Below, piece by piece: positions 37,559-46,915 of a stretch of DNA of 64,000 bases. The number at the start of each line of letters is the position of its first letter. The stretch's first letter is position 1. The translations under genes and the position numbers were made by a program. Below the pieces are notes generated by a model. That model worked only from the letters and a program-made list of their open reading frames with translations. It had not been told where the DNA came from and did no database searches. Source of the stretch: an uncultured Nitrososphaerota archaeon (GTDB lineage Archaea > Thermoproteota > Nitrososphaeria > Nitrososphaerales > Gagatemarchaeaceae); assembly GCA_963718895.1 (NCBI GenBank), contig CAVRAG010000008.1, forward strand, positions 1,056,001-1,120,000, in the 5' to 3' direction.

Positions 37559-38542
37559 ACGGCTGAGCAGCTGAAACTCGCCCTTCCGAAGGGTTCTCTT
37601 GAGAAGGCCACATTCGAGATCTTCCAGAAATCGTACTACAAGATCTCCGGCCAGGATAGGACCTACAGGCCCTATTTCAGCGACCCCGAGATAGAGCTCA
37701 GGATCCTGAGGCCGCAGGAGATCCCCGTCTACGTTGCGGACGGGGTCCAGGACGTGGGCATCACCGGAATAGACTGGATACGAGAGACGGGCGCCAACGT
37801 GGAGAAGGTCCTGGACTTGGAGTACGGGAAGGTGAAGATCGTGACTGCGTTCCCGAAGTCAGCGCCCTACGAGAAGGCGAGCGACCTGCTGGAGGACTAC
37901 TGGAAGAAGGGTAGGTCCGTCCGCGTCTCGGCGGAGTACCTCAATATCACCGCGGAGTACATTAAATCGATACCCACGTACAGGAAGCTCTTCGGGAAGA
38001 AGGAGCCCATGATAATCACCCCGTGGTGGAGGAAGGGGGACAACCCCAGGGCCAGCGTCTACCTCTCGTTCGGGGCGACCGAGGCGAAGCCTCCGGAGAT
38101 TGCCGACATCATAGTGGATGTCACCGAGACGGGCACGACCCTGGAGCAGAACAACCTCAGACAGGCGGAGACCATAATGGTCTCGACGGCCCACCTGGTC
38201 GCGAACAAGTCGGCGCTCAAGGACAGGTGGAAGAGAGAGAAAATCTTCGACCTCAAGGTCATGCTCGGAGGGGTCGTGGAGGCCCAGAAGAAGCTCCACA
38301 TCTTCGTCAACGTGAGGGAGGAGAATCTCCAGAAGCTCCTCTCGCAGCTGCCCGCGCTGAAGAGGCCGACGGTGAGCCCGCTCTCTGAGAAGGGCTGGTA
38401 CGACGTGAACACCGTAATCGGTCGGAGCGACCTGCTCAGGATGCTGCCCACGCTCAGGAAGCTCAGTCAGGGCCTCGTTGTCCACGAGCCGCAGCAGATC
38501 CTCTCTCTTGAGGAGTTCGCGGGAGAGAACGGCGAGAAATGA
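37559..38542 (+). CDS. hisG: ATP phosphoribosyltransferase (long form), apparent non-canonical start
   Basis: LKLALPKGSL...LRPQEIP lies in frame upstream of the annotated GTG; SFGATEAKPP, TETGTTL. Confidence 0.93.
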   Translation, partial: TAEQLKLALPKGSLEKATFEIFQKSYYKISGQDRTYRPYFSDPEIELRILRPQEIPVYVADGVQDVGITGIDWIRETGANVEKVLDLEYGKVKIVTAFPKSAPYEKASDLLEDYWKKGRSVRVSAEYLNITAEYIKSIPTYRKLFGKKEPMIITPWWRKGDNPRASVYLSFGATEAKPPEIADIIVDVTETGTTLEQNNLRQAETIMVSTAHLVANKSALKDRWKREKIFDLKVMLGGVVEAQKKLHIFVNVREENLQKLLSQLPALKRPTVSPLSEKGWYDVNTVIGRSDLLRMLPTLRKLSQGLVVHEPQQILSLEEFAGENGEK

Positions 38543-39835
38543 ATGAGCTCCTTCCCCTGATCAGGACCGAAGGAAAGGACTTCGCCCGCGTGGCCGCCCG
38601 CATCAGGGGCCGGAAGCGCGACCTGACCTCCGTGGAGGAGGGGGCGCAGATGATCGATCGCGAGCGTCAGGAGCGGAGGCGACTCCGCGCTCAGGGAGCT
38701 GACGCTCGAGCTGGACCACGCGGACATCGGCCAGGAGATCCGGGTGGGGAAGGACGAGATCGACCGGGCGCTGGGGAGGGTCGACGCCAGACTGCTTGAG
38801 GCGATGAGGTTCTCTCTGAACCGCATCAGGAAGACACAGGGGCAGCTGCTTCGCAGGCTCTCGTACTCCTACGTCTCGAACGGCTTCATCGTGCGGACCA
38901 CCGCCAGGGGCCTTCCCTCTGTTGGGTGCTACATCCCGGGGGGGAGGGCCGTCTACGCCAGCACGGTCCTCATGACGGCGGGGGTGGCCAAGCTAGCCGG
39001 GGTCGGCCGGGTCGTGGTCTGCTCCCCTCCCGACCGGGACGGGGGCGTCAATGATGCCATCCTCGCCGCGGCCAGCATGTGCGGCGTGGATGAGGTCTAC
39101 AGGGTCGGAGGCGCACAGTCGATCGCGGCTCTCGCCTACGGGACAGAGTCGGTGCCGAGCGTCTCCAAGATCGTGGGCCCGGGCGGGCTCTACGTCTCGG
39201 TCGCGAAGCGGCTGGTCTCGAGGGATGTGCCGATCGACTTCTTCGCCGGACCCACGGAGATAGTTGTGGTCGGCGACCGGACGACAGACGCGAGGGTCGC
39301 TGCCTGGGACCTCGTCGGGCAGGCGGAGCACGGACAGGACAGCCTCTGTGGTCTGATCACCTGGGACCCCGGCCTCGCCAGGAAGGTCAGAGAGGAGGTC
39401 GCCAAGATTTCTTCGGGCGCCGAGAGACAGGAGTTCGTGAAGGGCGCCCTGGCCCGCGGGTTTGCGGCGGTCTGTCTCGACAGCGACGCTGCCGTCCGGC
39501 TTGTCAACGCCCTGGCCCCCGAGCATCTGGAGCTCATGATGGACGACCCCGGGGCCTTCTCTGAGAAGGTCAAGAGCGCGGGGTTGGTCCTCTCCGGGAA
39601 GTACGCGCCGTGCGCGGCGAGCGACTACTGCATAGGGACCGACCACGTGATCCCCACCGAAGGATACGCCGCAGTGAGGTCGAGCCTCTCGGTCCTAGAC
39701 TTCGTCAGGCTGAACTGGGCGGTAGAGGGCACGAGGGCGGGACTGAAGGCGGTCATGCCTTCTCTCAAGCTGCTCGCGGAGGCAGAGGGCCTACCCAACC
39801 ACTACAGGTCGGCGGAGTCGCGATTCACGCGATGA
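38539..39835 (+). CDS. hisD: Histidinol dehydrogenase, apparent +1 frameshift near 38655
   Basis: GCYIPGG, GGAQSIAALAYG, AGPTE, QAEH, APEHL; correction restores IIASVRSGGDSAL. Confidence 0.93.
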
Positions 39836-40923
39836 AGGAGACCAGCTACGAAGCTGTCGACCCCGGCGGCGGGACAGCTCTGATACGTCCCGGATCGCGG
39901 GAACTGCTGAAGAAGGTCGATGCCGTCGTCTTCGACTGCGACGGGACGCTGATTGACGTGCGCGAGTCCTACGATGCCACCATAATGAGGACCGTCACTG
40001 CGATGGTCGAGGATTTCTCGGGGATGAGCATGCCGATGGGGGAGGTCGGAGGGAGGATGATCCTGAAAGTCAGGAGCACCGGCGGGTTCAACGGCGACTG
40101 GGACACAACCTATGCCCTCTCGCTCTTCTCCGAGGTTGCCATTGAAAAGTCTCGTAAGGCGGCCCGCGGGAGAGAGGCATCCCTCGAACGCATCGTCGAG
40201 GAACTCTGGCAGCTGGTCGGCGACTTCGCCTCGAAGAAGAGGCTGGCGGGGCACAAGTCGGTGGACAGCTATCTCCTGCGGGAAGGCCTTGCATCCGACA
40301 GGCTCCAAGAGTTTCGAGAGTTTCTCGGTTACCCGGGGACTGCCATGACGAGCGCGATGGCAGCCACGTTCGACCAGATATACTACGGCGGGAAGCTCTA
40401 CCGCGAGATCTACGGAGTCAGACCGGCGGTCTGGCGTGACGAAGGGCTCATAGATAGGGAGACACTCCTGATCAGCCGCGGGGACCTTGTCCGCTTCAAG
40501 AGGATCGTCGGAGGAAAGAAGATGGCAATAGCGACGGGAAGGCCCTTCGTGGCGGTTAAGCACACGTTGGGGCGTCTTCTCGGATACTTCGAGAGGGACG
40601 CCTCCGTCTACATAGGAGACGGCGACATCGACCCTGAGCTCACTTCCGAGATGGCAAGGTACAGGAAACCTAGCGGCGCGAGCCTGGTCCGGGCGCACGA
40701 GGCCCTCTCGGCGAAGGTCATGCTCTACGTCGGAGACTCCGCTGAGGACAGGCTCATGGTGGATGACGCGCGCAGGCGGTACCAGAACACATTCTTTGCG
40801 GGCATATGCGGGAGCTCGTTCGACGAGAGAGCGCAGGTCTCGTATTTCACTCGGACCGATTCCGACCTGCTCGTCGGCTCGGTCAGCCAGGTTCCTGCGG
40901 TACTTGAGATGATCAGAAGATGA
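39832..40923 (+). CDS. HAD-family hydrolase, probable histidinol-phosphate phosphatase
   Basis: VFDCDGTL, ATGR, KP, YVGDSAED; located inside the his operon. Confidence 0.8.
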   Translation: MKETSYEAVDPGGGTALIRPGSRELLKKVDAVVFDCDGTLIDVRESYDATIMRTVTAMVEDFSGMSMPMGEVGGRMILKVRSTGGFNGDWDTTYALSLFSEVAIEKSRKAARGREASLERIVEELWQLVGDFASKKRLAGHKSVDSYLLREGLASDRLQEFREFLGYPGTAMTSAMAATFDQIYYGGKLYREIYGVRPAVWRDEGLIDRETLLISRGDLVRFKRIVGGKKMAIATGRPFVAVKHTLGRLLGYFERDASVYIGDGDIDPELTSEMARYRKPSGASLVRAHEALSAKVMLYVGDSAEDRLMVDDARRRYQNTFFAGICGSSFDERAQVSYFTRTDSDLLVGSVSQVPAVLEMIRR

Positions 40924-41498
40924 GAGAAGCGAGACTCACGAGGAAGACAAAGGAGACGCAGATAGAGCTGTCCGTCAGCATAGACGGGACAGGGAAGTCG
41001 GACTGCAGAACGGGGGTGAAGTTCCTCGACCACATGCTCGACTCCTTCGCCACCCACAGCCTCGTCGACATCAGAGTGAGGGCCAAGGGCGACCTCCAGC
41101 ACCACCTGGTGGAGGACGTCGCTCTCGCGCTGGGGCAGGCCCTGAGCATGGCGCTCTCCGACAGGGCGGGGATAACCCGCTTCGGGCACGCCGTCGTCCC
41201 CATGGACGACACGCTGGCCCTGGTCAGCATCGACCTCGTCAAGAGGCCGTACTCGTCGATCCAGCTCGGGCTCGAACGGGTGATGGTCGAGGACGCCCCG
41301 AGGGAGGACCTCGAGCACTTCTTCGTCTCGCTCGCGACGAGCCTGGGCTCCACGGTGCACGTGAAGATGCTCGACGGGAGGAACGACCACCACAAGTTCG
41401 AGGCGGCCGTCAAGGGCGTCGCCCTTGCTTTCCGCGGCGCCGCGACCCCCGACCCCAGGCGATCCAAGAAGCCGCCTTCCTCCAAGGGCTCGATGTGA
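40920..41498 (+). CDS. hisB: Imidazoleglycerol-phosphate dehydratase
   Basis: RKTKET, FLDHML, HHLVED, NDHHKFEA, SSKG. Confidence 0.96.
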   Translation: MREARLTRKTKETQIELSVSIDGTGKSDCRTGVKFLDHMLDSFATHSLVDIRVRAKGDLQHHLVEDVALALGQALSMALSDRAGITRFGHAVVPMDDTLALVSIDLVKRPYSSIQLGLERVMVEDAPREDLEHFFVSLATSLGSTVHVKMLDGRNDHHKFEAAVKGVALAFRGAATPDPRRSKKPPSSKGSM

Positions 41499-42094
41499 CG
41501 TTGAGGTTCAAGGTCTTCAACTACGGAGCCGGTAACCTCTACAGCATACAGGCGGCTCTGAGAAGGGAGGGGGTGACCCCGAGCGTGACGAGGAAGGGGG
41601 CCGGCATTGAGGAGGCCGACGCGCTGATACTCCCAGGGGTGGGGAGCTTCGACCAGGCCGCGAGGACCCTCCCAATGGAACGGACTCGGGAAGTCATTCG
41701 TTCGGGCAAGCCGGTGCTTGGCGTCTGCCTTGGCCTCCAGTTGTTCTATTCATCGAGCGAGGAGGGTTCGTCGAAGGGGCTGTCGCTTCTCGAAGGCAGG
41801 GTGAGGCGCTTCCCGTCCTCGGTGAAGGTCCCCCAGATCGGCTGGAATACGCTGGCCATCAAGGAGACGAACGATTTCACAGATGGGGTGCCGGACGGGT
41901 CTTGGGTATACTACGTCAACTCCTATGTCCCTGTGGCGAAGGGCGAGTCGGTGGCAGCCACGAGCAGGTACGGAGTGGACTATCCCGCCCTCGTCGCCCA
42001 GAAGAACATCTTCGGCACCCAGTTTCATCCCGAGAAGTCGGGAACCGTCGGTCGCAGGGTCCTTCAGAACTTCATCCGGTCGGTGAGGAGGTAG
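41495..42094 (+). CDS. hisH: IGP synthase glutaminase subunit
   Basis: YGAGNL, LPGVG, GVCLGLQ, QFHPEKS. Confidence 0.95.
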   Translation: MTLRFKVFNYGAGNLYSIQAALRREGVTPSVTRKGAGIEEADALILPGVGSFDQAARTLPMERTREVIRSGKPVLGVCLGLQLFYSSSEEGSSKGLSLLEGRVRRFPSSVKVPQIGWNTLAIKETNDFTDGVPDGSWVYYVNSYVPVAKGESVAATSRYGVDYPALVAQKNIFGTQFHPEKSGTVGRRVLQNFIRSVRR

Positions 42095-42098
42095 CGGC

Positions 42099-42814
42099 AT
42101 GGAACTTTGGGCTGCCATCGACCTCATGGAGGGCTCCGTGGTGACGCTGGTCCAGGGGAGGGCGAAGGAGAGGACGATCTGGGATGACAGTCCGCTCCAG
42201 CTCGCGGATAGATGGCAGGGGGAAGGAGCGGACGGGTTGCACGTCGATCGACCTCGACGCAGCGCTCGGCACTGGCTCGAACGCAGAGACGGTTCGCAGG
42301 ATCATCGGGGAATCGAGGACGCCGGTGCAGGTGGGAGGGGGGATCCGGAGCACAAAGATGGCCGGAGGATGGCTGGAGGATGGCGCGGCCAGGGTCGTCC
42401 TGGGGACGCTCGCGTTCAGCGATCCGGCCGCGGCTCGATCCCTCGTCGAGAGCTACGGACCTGACCGAGTGGTGGTCGCAGCGGACTACAGGGAGGGGAT
42501 GATCGTGACCAAGGGGTGGAAGGAGAGCCAGGGGATTCCCATCGTCGTTGGCGCGAAGAGGCTGGAGGCTCAGGGGTTCCAGAACCTGCTCACGACCGCT
42601 GTGGGAAGGGACGGCATGAGGTCAGGGCCTGACGTCGCGACCGTCAGGGAGCTCTCGCTGGCGAACCCGGATGAGGATAATCGCCTCTGGAGGGATTCGC
42701 GATCTCCGGGACCTTCTGGAACTGGAGCAGGCAGGCGCCCAGGCAGCGATAATCGGGAGGGCGCTCTACGAGGAGACGGTCAGGCTGGCCGAGGCGAAGG
42801 GGAGGACTGTCTGA
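42099..42814 (+). CDS. hisA: ProFAR isomerase, two apparent +1 frameshifts (about 42245 and 42665)
   Basis: AIDLMEG, LHV/IDLDAA, QVGGGIRS, RDG...GPD, then IIASGGIRD...IIGRALY in the third frame to TGA 42814. Confidence 0.88.
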
Positions 42815-43572
42815 TGCCCCTGGCCAAGAGGATCGTCCCGTGCCTGGACGTCAAGGACGGGAGGGTCGTCAAGGGGGTGAAGTTCGAGGGGCTCAGGGAC
42901 GCCGGAGACCCCGTGGAGCTCGCAGAGAGATACAGGGATGAGGGCGCCGACGAGATCGTCTTCCTCGACATCACGGCGAGCCTCGAGAAGAGGGCTACCC
43001 TCAGGTCCCTCGTCAGGAAGGTGGCCGCGAACCTGGACATCCCCTTCACAGTCGGTGGCGGCATCCGGACGATGAGCGACGCGAGGCTCGCGCTCTGCAG
43101 CGGCGCCGACAAGGTCGCGGTGAACACCGCCGCGATACAGAGGCCATCGCTCATCGGGAGGCTCGCCGGGGTCTTCGGGTCCCAGTGCGTCGTCCTGGCC
43201 ATAGACGTGAAGAGTACCGATAGGGGTTATGAGGTGTTCAGCCACTCAGCCACCAGGCCCACCGGTCTCAGCGCTGGAGAGTGGGCGAAGAGGGCTGAGG
43301 GGCTGGGGGCGGGAGAGCTGCTCGTCACGTCCATAGACCGGGACGGGACCAAGAAGGGCTACGACGTACGGCTCCTCAGGGAGATCACGGCGAGCGTCAA
43401 CATCCCCGTCGTCGCGAGCGGTGGGGCCGGGAAGCTCGAGCACTTCCTTGAGGCGTTCCGTGACGCCGGATGCGACGCGGCTCTCGCGGCCTCGCTCTTC
43501 CACTACAGGGAGCTGACCGTCGGTCAGGTGAAAGATTATCTCAGGGGGAAGAACGTCGTGGTGAGACCTTGA
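42814..43572 (+). CDS. hisF: IGP synthase cyclase subunit
   Basis: MPLAKRIVPCLDV, VVKGVKF, FLDITAS, SIDRDGT, ASGGAG. Confidence 0.96.
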   Translation: MPLAKRIVPCLDVKDGRVVKGVKFEGLRDAGDPVELAERYRDEGADEIVFLDITASLEKRATLRSLVRKVAANLDIPFTVGGGIRTMSDARLALCSGADKVAVNTAAIQRPSLIGRLAGVFGSQCVVLAIDVKSTDRGYEVFSHSATRPTGLSAGEWAKRAEGLGAGELLVTSIDRDGTKKGYDVRLLREITASVNIPVVASGGAGKLEHFLEAFRDAGCDAALAASLFHYRELTVGQVKDYLRGKNVVVRP

Positions 43573-43584
43573 ACCAGGCCGACG

Positions 43585-43896
43585 ATGAAGGAGATAGACT
43601 TCGCCAAGGGGGACGGGCTGGTCCCCGTGGTGACCCAGGAAGCCACCTCGGGAAAGGTCCTGATGGTGGCCTACGCCAACGAGCAGGCGGTGAGGCTCAC
43701 CCTCGAGACGCACATGGCGCACTACTGGAGCAGGAGCAGGAACAAGCTCTGGAAGAAGGGCGAGGAGTCGGGGAACGTCCAGAGGGTCCACGACGTGCTG
43801 ATAGACTGCGACGGCGATACCCTGCTCTATGTGGTGGACCAGTCTGGACCGGCCTGTCATACCGGGAACGAGACCTGCTTCTTCAGGAAGCTCTAG
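43585..43896 (+). CDS. hisI: Phosphoribosyl-AMP cyclohydrolase
   Basis: [28 protein letters not shown]. Confidence 0.95.
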   Translation: MKEIDFAKGDGLVPVVTQEATSGKVLMVAYANEQAVRLTLETHMAHYWSRSRNKLWKKGEESGNVQRVHDVLIDCDGDTLLYVVDQSGPACHTGNETCFFRKL

Positions 43897-43929
43897 AATA
43901 GCCGCTGCCTATCGCGCCGATTCCACGTC

Positions 43930-44651
43930 GGCGGTTAAGTACGGCAGGAAGCTAGTCGTTCGTGGAAACGAGGTCCGGTCTTCCGGAAAGTACTGAAGAC
44001 GAGTCTGAGGCCCCGCGATCTGGCGCAAGAAAGTTCCAGCCTCTTGACGTTCGAATCTATCTTCGTAAGGAGGCGCTCGCGCTGCGGCGATGGGTTCCTG
44101 AACGTCAATGCGCGGACCTACCAGTACAGAATCAGGCTGAGGGCGGTGGACCGCGAGTTCGTGGAGGCGTTCAACCAGGCGGTCTCGAAGGTTCTCGGGT
44201 GTCCGCCGCACTGGTTGTGGAAGGGAGGAAGGCGAAGGAGACCGAGGTCGAGTTCGGGAGCCACTTGCTGCACAAGTTCTTGTCGCAGTAACTGGATGAC
44301 TTGAAGCCCTTCATTGAGCATGACAAGACCTGCGCCGCTTCGTTAATCAGGGGGTTCTTCGACTCTGAAGGATGCGTCAACACTCGACGAGAGCTCACGG
44401 CGAGCAATACTGACTTGGGTCTCCTTCACTAGGTCCAAGAACTGCTGGAAGGAAGATTCGGCATCGAGACCACCGGACCTCACCTGGCTTCCAAAAAGAG
44501 CTCAACCCTAACAAATCGCGGGAAATCGCACTTCCGAAAGTCGGATTGCTTTCAGATCTACGTCCGAAAGTCTGGAATACAGGCGTTCCTTCGAGAAATC
44601 GGACTTACCATCAGGAGAAAATCTAATCGTATCCTCAAGCTTATAGAATGA
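43930..44651 (+). pseudogene. Degenerate free-standing LAGLIDADG endonuclease
   Basis: GDG...IRLRAVDREFVEAF; LIRGFFDSEG...SNTDLGLL...FLREIGLTIRRK; in-frame stops at 44289 and 44430 plus frameshifts. Confidence 0.8.
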
Positions 44652-44689
44652 ATAATTCTATAATCTAGTTATATTTCTTGAGAGAAATG

Positions 44690-44826
44690 CGCAGGGGGTG
44701 GGACATCCGTCGACGCTCGAGGAAGCCCTTTCAGGCCCTCTGTTTCGGGCATCGAATTCGAACCCACGAGTCCTTGCGAACAAAGGATTAGCAATCCTTC
44801 GCCATACCAGGCTTGGCTACCCCTGC
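44690..44826 (-). tRNA. tRNA-Ser(GCT) with 53-nt intron in the T-loop (44704-44756, position 59/60)
   Basis: GCAGGGG acceptor, AAGGA-TTGCTAA-TCCTT anticodon arm, long variable arm; canonical bulge-helix-bulge at the splice sites. Confidence 0.93.
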
Positions 44827-44995
44827 CCGCCGCGAATTCCGCGAGCCTCCTTATTGTGTGTTAGGGATTCTCTCGCTTGTGCTGTGTGACCACAGCCGAG
44901 CGAACGATGGTCCATAGTCCGAAGCCGACTAGGCGCAGCCCGACGAAGACGAGCGCGTGGTCGAAGACTCACCGAGTTTCCGACCCCGTGCCGCT

Positions 44996-46216
44996 CTAGG
45001 CAGCCTTGATTGTCGGCGCGCTCGGGACTTCGCCCAGGAGGCTCGCGGCGTCAGGCCTCACGCCCTTCTCCATGAGGATGTACTCGGCGTGGGCCCATCC
45101 CAGAGGGCACGCCCAGCAGACGTAGTCGGGAGATCTTATCGAGTGCACACCTCGCTCTATCTTTCGCACGCCGTTGAGGACGCGATCGCCGAACTCGAGC
45201 TCGTTCTCCTTCCAAAGGTTGTAGCCTTTCAGGGGCGCGACCTTCTCAGGGATGAAGAGGTCCGAGGTCACGACGGAATCGAGAAAATCGTAGCACGCCT
45301 CCTCGTCCTCGCTGCTGCCAATCTGATTGTAGAATCTGGCCGCCCAGATGGTGAAGAAGGGCCAGGAGGCTCCGGTCCCACCGGTGTACCAGTGCCAGTC
45401 ATGAACGACCTCGAAGTCCTGAAACCTGTTGAAGCCGCCGATTTCTTTGTTCCAGAGCGAGCTCCTGAGGCGCCCGAGAGTGCTCTCCAGAATCTTGTTG
45501 TCGTCGGACAATCCGAAGTAGAAGGGGGCAAGCACGCTCATGTCTGCAGCCTTGACTAACTCGCCAGACCTGCGCATGACCTTGACGAACGCGCCCGCCT
45601 CGGCGTCGTAGAGCTTCTCCGCGATCCTTGCGAATAGCGCCCGAGCGCGGCCAAGCCACTCCTCCTGCAGGTTGGGCAGCCCCACGGCCTCAGCCATGCG
45701 GGAGGCGTCGAGGAGCCCCCTGGCGGCCGCGCAGTTCGTCCAGATCTCGAACCCCTCCTCGAGCTCCCGGTTCTCGTGGATAGCGTTGGTGGTGTACACC
45801 AGCCCGGCCTGTCCGTCGATTGACCTGAGGGTGAAGGCGGAGCACTCCTCGACAAGACTCCACATCTCGCGCAGGAAGGCCACGTCGCCCGATTTCGAGT
45901 AGGTGTCGTGGATTCCCTGAAGAACTATCGGCGTGGTGTCGAGCTCGTGCTCGTTGGTGACGTATGGCAAACCGGCGTTGTAGCGCTGGTAGAACTCTCC
46001 TGCCGGTCTGCGCAGATCAGTCAGAAACCTGTAGAATCTCTTTGAACGCTCGAATTCGGCGCAGGCATTGAGCGCCATCGTCATGAAGACCGCGTCGCGA
46101 GGGTAGACGTAGGGGTACGCGTCGTCCGCCATGGTGGCCGTAAACCCTCCGCTCTTCTCCTGAAGACTCATGATGACCGCAAGGCTGCTGTCCACGAGTC
46201 TGGAGTTGCGCATCAA
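44996..46216 (-). CDS. Glycoside hydrolase family 15 (glucoamylase/trehalase-like)
   Basis: YPYVYPRDA, ELDTT, AIHE, IPEK, PLGWAHAEY. Confidence 0.85.
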   Translation of the reverse strand: MMRNSRLVDSSLAVIMSLQEKSGGFTATMADDAYPYVYPRDAVFMTMALNACAEFERSKRFYRFLTDLRRPAGEFYQRYNAGLPYVTNEHELDTTPIVLQGIHDTYSKSGDVAFLREMWSLVEECSAFTLRSIDGQAGLVYTTNAIHENRELEEGFEIWTNCAAARGLLDASRMAEAVGLPNLQEEWLGRARALFARIAEKLYDAEAGAFVKVMRRSGELVKAADMSVLAPFYFGLSDDNKILESTLGRLRSSLWNKEIGGFNRFQDFEVVHDWHWYTGGTGASWPFFTIWAARFYNQIGSSEDEEACYDFLDSVVTSDLFIPEKVAPLKGYNLWKENELEFGDRVLNGVRKIERGVHSIRSPDYVCWACPLGWAHAEYILMEKGVRPDAASLLGEVPSAPTIKAA

Positions 46217-46576
46217 ATTCGACAGGTTGAATCATAGATATAATTCGTATGGAGGCAAGTTACACCTTGGCGGGCTCACGGCCTTGGGTGCAGCACAGCC
46301 AAGAGGGCCGGATCGGTTTGTGGGATAGGCGGTTCTGAGAGCGGCTCTGCAATTCTTACAGCATTCTCATTCCGAACGTGGCGTCGAACGTGACCCATGC
46401 CTTTCTCGAGCGTCCTGAGGGATGGAAAAGACAGCGACGGTCGGCGTTAGGATTCGACTGTACATGGGGCCGAGCGACGGAAGTCACGAAGGTCTGATCT
46501 TTGGAGGGGTTTCAGGCGAGCTTGCGGGGGGCTGAATCGCGCTTGAAGAATGGCAATTCGGCAGGAAGACGAGGTG

Positions 46577-46915
46577 TCAAGAAGCAGTCTGTTGCGGCTC
46601 CTGAACTTCAACATCGAGGGTCGATTCTTTCATGGCGAGACCTCCTGACGACTTCATCCACGGCCTCCGCATGACGAACCGGACCCTTGCGCGTCCAGGG
46701 CGGATCGCTCTTATCGCGAACTGCATCTCCGCTTCTGCGGTCCCTCGAACGCCACCCGGGGCGGCGGAGGGTTCTTCCACGTCCCTCTTGACCACCTCCA
46801 CGACGCCGGCGCCCTCCTCGACCGTCGCTTCCCAAGCATATCCGACACTTCCCAGGCCCCTCAAAGCAACTATGTGCTCTTGGCCAATCCGGAGGCGCAG
46901 GGGTTGGGCAATCAA
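46577..46915 (-). CDS. Chagasin-family (I42) cysteine protease inhibitor
   Basis: SVGYAW, GGVRG...MQF, MRRPW loop motifs; starts immediately after the protease stop. Confidence 0.8.
   Translation of the reverse strand: MIAQPLRLRIGQEHIVALRGLGSVGYAWEATVEEGAGVVEVVKRDVEEPSAAPGGVRGTAEAEMQFAIRAIRPGRARVRFVMRRPWMKSSGGLAMKESTLDVEVQEPQQTAS

Noticed and set aside
42184-43572. Apparent HisA-HisF fusion (462 aa)
   Set aside because: Produced by frameshifts in hisA; hisA has its own TGA overlapping the hisF ATG at 42814.
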